From positions 2,749-66,748 of the forward strand of contig CAVESF010000008.1 of NCBI GenBank assembly GCA_963618495.1: a DNA stretch of 64,000 bases, written 5' to 3'. Within the stretch, counting starts at the first letter, position 1, and each line of letters begins with the position of its first letter. Shown one piece after another: positions 61,265 through 64,000 of this stretch. The position numbers and the translations under genes are program-made. The notes beneath the pieces are model-generated. The model was not told the DNA's origin. It worked only from the letters and a program-made list of their open reading frames with translations, and ran no database searches. Source of the stretch: Acutalibacteraceae bacterium (GTDB lineage: Bacteria; Bacillota; Clostridia; Oscillospirales; CAG-272).

Positions 61265-61295
61265 AGAGCAGGACGCAAAACGCGCGTCCTGCTCT
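61265..61295 (-). terminator. Probable terminator after the DUF1858-like gene
   Basis: AGAGCAGGACGC / GCGTCCTGCTCT stem (12 bp). The minus-strand T-tail is weak (CTTTGCAT). Confidence 0.45.
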
Positions 61296-61338
61296 CGGAG
61301 CGCTCGGAAAGAAGCTTTCCTTTCATGCGCTTTTCTTC

Positions 61339-61542
61339 TTATTTCTTTGAGGCAAGAAATTCGTTTATCTTTTTGACAAGAGCATCCGCATCGGTTCCGT
61401 GAACCATGCAAGCGTCGCCTATGCTTTCGCCTCTGGAATGAGGACAGCCGAGGCAATGCATACCTATCTCAAAGAAAAACTGCGCTGTTTCCGCATCAAA
61501 ATCGAGAACATCTCCGATAAGAGTGTCTTTTGTAACCTGCAT
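61339..61542 (-). CDS. Small DUF1858 / hybrid-cluster-protein-associated redox disulfide domain protein
   Basis: 67 aa. The motif GMHCLGCP is embedded in the family-typical context (TIGDVL...FFEIGMHCLGCPHSRGESIGDAC). Confidence 0.7.
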   Translation of the reverse strand: MQVTKDTLIGDVLDFDAETAQFFFEIGMHCLGCPHSRGESIGDACMVHGTDADALVKKINEFLASKK

Positions 61543-61747
61543 TTTTTATTCCTCCGAATATAATATATTCTTTCTATGTTAGATTATACATTTTATTTGC
61601 CGTAATGTCAAGGCTGATTATCTCTTTTGCGATAATTTTGCCGAAATTTTACCCGAAATGATGATTTTATTCACTGTTTTGTTGTATTTGCACAATAGAA
61701 GCATTGTTTTTTCTACGCGATGGAGTAAGAAAAAACAAGTTTTTCTC

Positions 61748-61776
61748 TTGATAAAATGCGAGAAACAAGATATAAT
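61748..61776 (+). promoter_or_regulatory. SigA-type promoter of the EF-G paralog
   Basis: TTGATA (61748-61753), 17-nt spacer, TATAAT (61771-61776). Confidence 0.6.
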
Positions 61777-61856
61777 TAAGATGTTATGTGAAGTTTGAGA
61801 AGTTGCATACTCCGAACAGCACAGCACAAATTCTATAACCAGAGGAGTTTATATAT

Positions 61857-63929
61857 ATGATCAGTGCAAAAAATTTAAGAGATGTTTGCCTGCTCGGACA
61901 CAGCGCAGGCGGTAAAACTTCGGTAGCCGAGGCAATGCTATACCTTGCGAAAGGAACAGACCGACTCGGTAAAGTTACCGACGGAAACACGGTCTGCGAC
62001 TACGACCCCGAGGAAATCAAGCGCGGACTTTCCATTTCCGCGGCACTTGCTCCCCTCGACTGGAAGGGCTGTGTAATAAATATAATCGACACCCCCGGAT
62101 ACCTTGATTTCGCAGGCGAAGTCGTTCAGGCTACAAGAGTGGCGGACAGTGCCATAATCGTAGTTGACGGCAAGGCAGGTCTTGAAGTCGGCACAGAGCT
62201 GGCTTGGGACTATGCGAACGAAGCCGGAATCCCGAAAGCTTTCTTTATAAATAAATGCGACGACCCCGAAGCAAGATTCAAAAAGGTTTTTGAGCAGCTC
62301 CGTAATCAGTTCGGTCACAGCGTCTGCCCTGTTGTCATCCCGATAATGGACGGCGACAAGATAGCAGGTCTTATCGACCTTATCGATATGCGCGCTTTCA
62401 AAGTAGGCAAAAACGGCTCCACAGGCGACGAATGCCCCATTCCCGCCGACCAGCGGGAAAAGGTGGACAAGTGCCATGATATGCTTCTTGAGAGCCTTGC
62501 AGAGACATCAGATGAGCTGATGGAAAAATATTTTGCAGGCGAAGAGATAACCCGTGAAGAGGCAAACAAGGCTCTGCATGACGGTATCGTCGCAGGCTCC
62601 ATCGCGCCCGTTGTCTGCGGCAGCGCCGCTTATGTTTACGGTATCAAGGTTCTGCTCGATATCATCGCCGATTCTTTCCCCTCCCCTCTCGCGGTAGGCA
62701 AGGAAATCGTCATGGACGGCGACGAGGAGAAAGAAATCCCGATGGACGAAAACGGCAAGACAGCTATTTTCGTTTTCAAGACGGTTGCCGACCCGTTCGT
62801 CGGTAAGATGTCATTCTTCAAGGTAATGAACGGCAAGCTGAATAAAGACGACACGCTCTACAATATCACATCCGGCGGTCAGGAAAAATTCTCCCATGTA
62901 TATATACTCAAGGGTAAAAAGCAGAAAGAGATCGAGCATGTCTGCATGGGCGACCTCGGCATGACGCCGAAGCTTACCAATACAAATACAAACGATACTC
63001 TCTCAGCAGATCCCAACGCTCTGCCCTACAAGAAGATAAAATATCCAGAGCCTTTCTATCAGATGGCTATGCAGCCGAAAGCAAAGGGAGATGAAGAAAA
63101 AATTACTCAGGGCGTTGCCCGCCTCCTTGAAGAGGACCGCACGCTCAGATATGAGAACAATGCCGAAACAAAGCAGATGCTCATCTCCGGTCTCGGCGAT
63201 ATCCATCTCGATGTCGTTCTTTCCAAGCTGAAATCCCGCTTCGGTACATCAATCGACCTCGTTCCTCCGAAGGTTGCCTACAGAGAAACGATAAAGAAGC
63301 GCTATGCCGCAGAGGGCAAGCATAAGAAGCAGTCCGGCGGCAGCGGTCAGTACGGCCATGTAAAGATTACATTCTCTCCCGGCGAAGACCCCGGTCTTAC
63401 TTTCACGCAGAGCGTAGTCGGCGGCAGCGTTCCGAAGAACTATTATCCCGCAGTTGAAAAGGGACTTCAGGAAGCCATGAAGAAAGGCGTCCTCGCAGGC
63501 TTCCCCGTAGTAAACCTCGCGGCTGACCTTTTCGACGGTTCATATCATCCCGTTGACTCAAACGAAATCTCCTTCAAGCTCGCCGCTATCCTCGCATATA
63601 AGGAAGGCATGAAGAATGCAGGTCCCGTTATACTTGAACCTGTAGGCAAGCTTTGCGCATATGCTCCGGACAGCATGGTAGGCGATATCATGGGTATGGT
63701 AAACAAGCGCCGCGGCAGAGTGCTCGGCATGGAGCCCACCCAGAAGAAAGGCGAACAGCTTGTAGAAGCGGAAGTTCCTATGGCTGAAATGGCAGACTTT
63801 GCTATCCAGCTCCGCGCCATCACGCAGGGCAGAGGCAAATATACTCTCTATTTCGACCATTATGAAGAGGTTCCTGCAACCTCCGCGGCAAAGATAATCG
63901 AAGAAGCCAAGAAGGATATGCAGGAATAA
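61857..63929 (+). CDS. Elongation factor G paralog (EF-G II / EF-G-2 type)
   Basis: 690 aa with EF-G domain order. The G1 motif is GHSAGGKTS (not AHIDAGKTT) and the G3 motif is DTPGYLDF (Tyr where canonical trGTPases have His). RBS AGAGGAG. Confidence 0.85.
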   Translation: MISAKNLRDVCLLGHSAGGKTSVAEAMLYLAKGTDRLGKVTDGNTVCDYDPEEIKRGLSISAALAPLDWKGCVINIIDTPGYLDFAGEVVQATRVADSAIIVVDGKAGLEVGTELAWDYANEAGIPKAFFINKCDDPEARFKKVFEQLRNQFGHSVCPVVIPIMDGDKIAGLIDLIDMRAFKVGKNGSTGDECPIPADQREKVDKCHDMLLESLAETSDELMEKYFAGEEITREEANKALHDGIVAGSIAPVVCGSAAYVYGIKVLLDIIADSFPSPLAVGKEIVMDGDEEKEIPMDENGKTAIFVFKTVADPFVGKMSFFKVMNGKLNKDDTLYNITSGGQEKFSHVYILKGKKQKEIEHVCMGDLGMTPKLTNTNTNDTLSADPNALPYKKIKYPEPFYQMAMQPKAKGDEEKITQGVARLLEEDRTLRYENNAETKQMLISGLGDIHLDVVLSKLKSRFGTSIDLVPPKVAYRETIKKRYAAEGKHKKQSGGSGQYGHVKITFSPGEDPGLTFTQSVVGGSVPKNYYPAVEKGLQEAMKKGVLAGFPVVNLAADLFDGSYHPVDSNEISFKLAAILAYKEGMKNAGPVILEPVGKLCAYAPDSMVGDIMGMVNKRRGRVLGMEPTQKKGEQLVEAEVPMAEMADFAIQLRAITQGRGKYTLYFDHYEEVPATSAAKIIEEAKKDMQE

Positions 63930-63972
63930 AAAAGATATTCTCTCGTTTCATTATATTTATGGGTTGGAGAAG

Positions 63973-64000
63973 ACGGACGAAGGGTTACCTCGTCCGTTTT
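63973..64000 (+). terminator. Terminator after the EF-G paralog (cut by the window end)
   Basis: ACGGACGAAGG-GTTA-CCTCGTCCGT followed by TTTT at the window edge. Confidence 0.6.

Noticed and set aside
1-64000. Window-wide search for mobile elements, CRISPR, rRNA, toxin-antitoxin pairs and defence systems.
   Set aside because: None of the credible ORFs resembles a transposase, integrase, Cas protein, restriction-modification enzyme or known defence or toxin family. No spacer-repeat architecture or rRNA-like sequence was noticed by eye.

Overview
This looks like a chromosomal segment of a Firmicutes/Clostridia-type genome. Supporting signs are a T-box leader on pheST, a DnaD/DnaI-type loader pair, an rnhA-iscS-iscU-mnmA operon, SigA-type promoters and AGGAGG ribosome-binding sites. 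I call about 57 protein genes, most on the minus strand, plus one tRNA-Ser(GGA). The DNA is GC-rich enough that the ORF track holds many long antisense shadow ORFs, which I ignored. Most of the window is housekeeping: tRNA modification (tsaD, mnmA, thiI, tcdA, trmK, a U32-family protein), translation (pheST, typA, an EF-G paralog), replication and repair (DnaD/DnaC-like, rarA, nth, rnhA), division (zapA, maf, a MinD-like ATPase) and Fe-S assembly. Three regions stand out. (1) 15.7-27.2 kb holds a tightly packed 12-gene operon. It joins malate dehydrogenase, fumarase and a soluble anchor-less FrdAB-type fumarate reductase to a complete HdrABC-MvhD plus Flx-like NADH module. I read this as a candidate soluble, possibly electron-bifurcating, NADH:fumarate (ferredoxin) oxidoreductase system, and it is my best candidate for an undescribed system. 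(2) 27.5-40.3 kb holds a 7-gene surface/ABC locus with two permease pairs, one ~1000-aa CBM-fused binding protein, an NHL-propeller/Yip1 membrane protein and an 1129-aa secreted protein. It has no ATPase, regulator or recognisable glycoside hydrolase. (3) 6.93-7.15 kb holds a dense DnaA-box cluster between tsaD and the DnaD/DnaC-like operon. I saw no transposase, integrase, CRISPR array, rRNA or prophage. Coordinates of non-CDS features were counted by eye and may be off by 1-2 nt.
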